Positions 7,223-8,708 of a stretch of 8,708 nt of DNA are shown one piece after another. Both the position numbers and the translations under genes were made by a program. Within the stretch, counting starts at the first letter, position 1. Each line of letters opens with the position of its first letter. This stretch comes from Octopus sinensis. Its lineage: Eukaryota. The notes beneath the pieces are model-generated. The model searched no databases. It saw nothing but the letters and a program-made list of their open reading frames with translations, and had not been told where the DNA came from. The stretch covers positions 1-8,708 of the forward strand of contig NW_021828417.1 of the NCBI RefSeq assembly GCF_006345805.1, given 5' to 3'.

Positions 7223-7589
7223 TGTTTGTGTGTGGCAGGTTTGATAGCCTTCAACTAACACTATCTCCTTCGAGACCCTGCGGCGCAAGTTGACCAAAAT
7301 TGAGAGTATGATAGAAGAAGGCTTGCTCTTCCTTCCGTAGAAGAAAAAGTTCAAATCGGACCATGTTAACACCAAAAATTATTTACATCAAAAAGGTGCT
7401 TTTTTTAATGAAAATCCTTATTTTTTACGATTTTTTGACTGCTGTGTCGCCATTTTTCGGTGTATTTCAACCAGAACAATGTTCAATTAAAGAGAATAAC
7501 AAGCTAAATATTGCAATTTTTTTACTTTTCAAAAATTTGAATTCTAAAGGGTCGAAACAAACCCGAGTAACGCCGGGCGATACTGCTAG
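7210..7589 (+). mobile_element. Non-autonomous Helitron-like element, ~380 bp
   Basis: 3' end acccgagtaacgccgggcgatactgCTAG|T: GC-rich hairpin CCCG/CGGG (7562-7577), 8-nt spacer, CTAG (7586-7589), then T. The 5' TC is not visible and appears lost in the (TA)n tract, so the start is approximate. Confidence 0.65.
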
Positions 7590-7614
7590 TATATATATAA
7601 CACGCATTCAAACC

Positions 7615-7635
7615 TACATATGTACATACATGTAA

Positions 7636-7669
<34 letters not shown>

Positions 7670-7712
7670 GCTAAGAGAGAGAAAGAGAGAGAGAGAGAGA
7701 AAGGGAGAGAGA
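7615..7712. repeat. Compound (CA)n-(TA)n-(GA)n microsatellite
   Basis: Direct reading of the sequence. Confidence 0.9.
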
Positions 7713-7880
7713 TTCATAATGCATTGCATTATGGGTTAGTTCCAAATGTATTGAAAGGTTTTAACAAACAAATTTTTATCTTGTTTTCGTTTCTGCTGTA
7801 AATAGCTTCGAGCTATTTATAAAACAAGTGAATCGGAACTCCGATGTCACTGCCAACTTGTCTGTCGCTTAAATAATATC

Positions 7881-7898
7881 TGTGTGTGTGTGTGTGTG

Positions 7899-7950
<52 letters not shown>
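7881..7950. repeat. (TG)n microsatellite with one extra T
   Basis: 70-bp near-perfect TG tract. Confidence 0.95.
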
Positions 7951-7953
<3 letters not shown>

Positions 7954-8157
7954 GATTTCGGGTCGGCAGAACGATACAAATAACCAGTTGTTGCAACTCA
8001 ATGTACATAAGCTTTAGAATAAAGCATTTGGCGAGTACAAACCGTGCTATTTATGAATAAGCTACAAGGGAACCGGAATTCATTGGCTTACAGTTGTTTC
8101 TCCTATAAAAAGCAAACCACTCATAGCCGAGTGCTCGTGCAACATAACAAAGCTTCA

Positions 8158-8167
8158 CATATATATA

Positions 8168-8200
<33 letters not shown>
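8158..8200. repeat. (AT)n-(GT)n microsatellite
   Basis: Direct reading of the sequence. Confidence 0.9.
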
Positions 8201-8202
<2 letters not shown>

Positions 8203-8329
8203 ATATGATTTTGGTTTTACAGGCACGTTCAGACTTTTTCTTGGTTAAAATTCTGCCCTGCACAAACATATTTAAAGACACACACATAATCGCAAAAAAG
8301 CACATTTTATACCAGCACCGTCTAAGTTA

Positions 8330-8460
8330 TACGTACACACACACATACACACCTACACGGCGAAACACACACGTACACACACACACACACACACACATAC
8401 ATATATATATACATACATATATATATATATATATACACACGCAAGTGCACATACACATAC
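8330..8460. repeat. Compound (CA)n/(TA)n/(CATA)n microsatellite
   Basis: Direct reading of the sequence. Confidence 0.85.
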
Positions 8461-8518
8461 GTCAAACACAACTCACGGAAAGAAATATACACTGCTGCCG
8501 CTTTCCCTCTCACGCACA

Positions 8519-8614
8519 CACACATACACATACCTACACATACACATACCTACACATACACATACCTACACATACACATACCTACACATACACATACCTA
8601 CACATACACATAGC
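8519..8614. repeat. 16-bp minisatellite (TACACATACACATACC), ~6 copies
   Basis: TACC recurs at 8531, 8547, 8563, 8579 and 8595; the last unit ends TAGC at 8611. Confidence 0.93.
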
Positions 8615-8708
8615 CTTACACCCAGCCCCATGCCTCCACGAATGCATCCCCCACCACACACATGCTACCAAGTGCGCTTACACACACTGACGCAAACACC
8701 AGCACAAC

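Noticed and set aside
8519-8614. CRISPR-like array
   Set aside because: Contiguous tandem units with no unique spacers, in a eukaryotic context.

Overview
Eukaryotic, repeat-saturated non-genic (probably intronic or intergenic) DNA. The very high microsatellite density and the SINE families I recognise from memory point to a coleoid cephalopod (Octopus-like); this assignment is inferred, not proven. No intact host gene is supported, and most ORF-track entries are translations of microsatellites or SINEs. Contents: (i) a decayed, 5'-truncated Penelope-like retroelement (PLE) at ~2888-4325 (+), with a frameshifted RT-thumb/linker and C-terminal GIY-YIG endonuclease remnant, a CA-rich 3' region and a minimal hammerhead-ribozyme-like core at 4207-4234; (ii) at least three tRNA-derived SINE types in several copies and both orientations, with apparent module swapping; (iii) a probable RTE-type LINE 3' tail ending in (GAT)n; (iv) a short non-autonomous Helitron-like element with a hairpin + CTAG 3' end at 7562-7589; (v) many simple repeats, several with higher-order periodicity.
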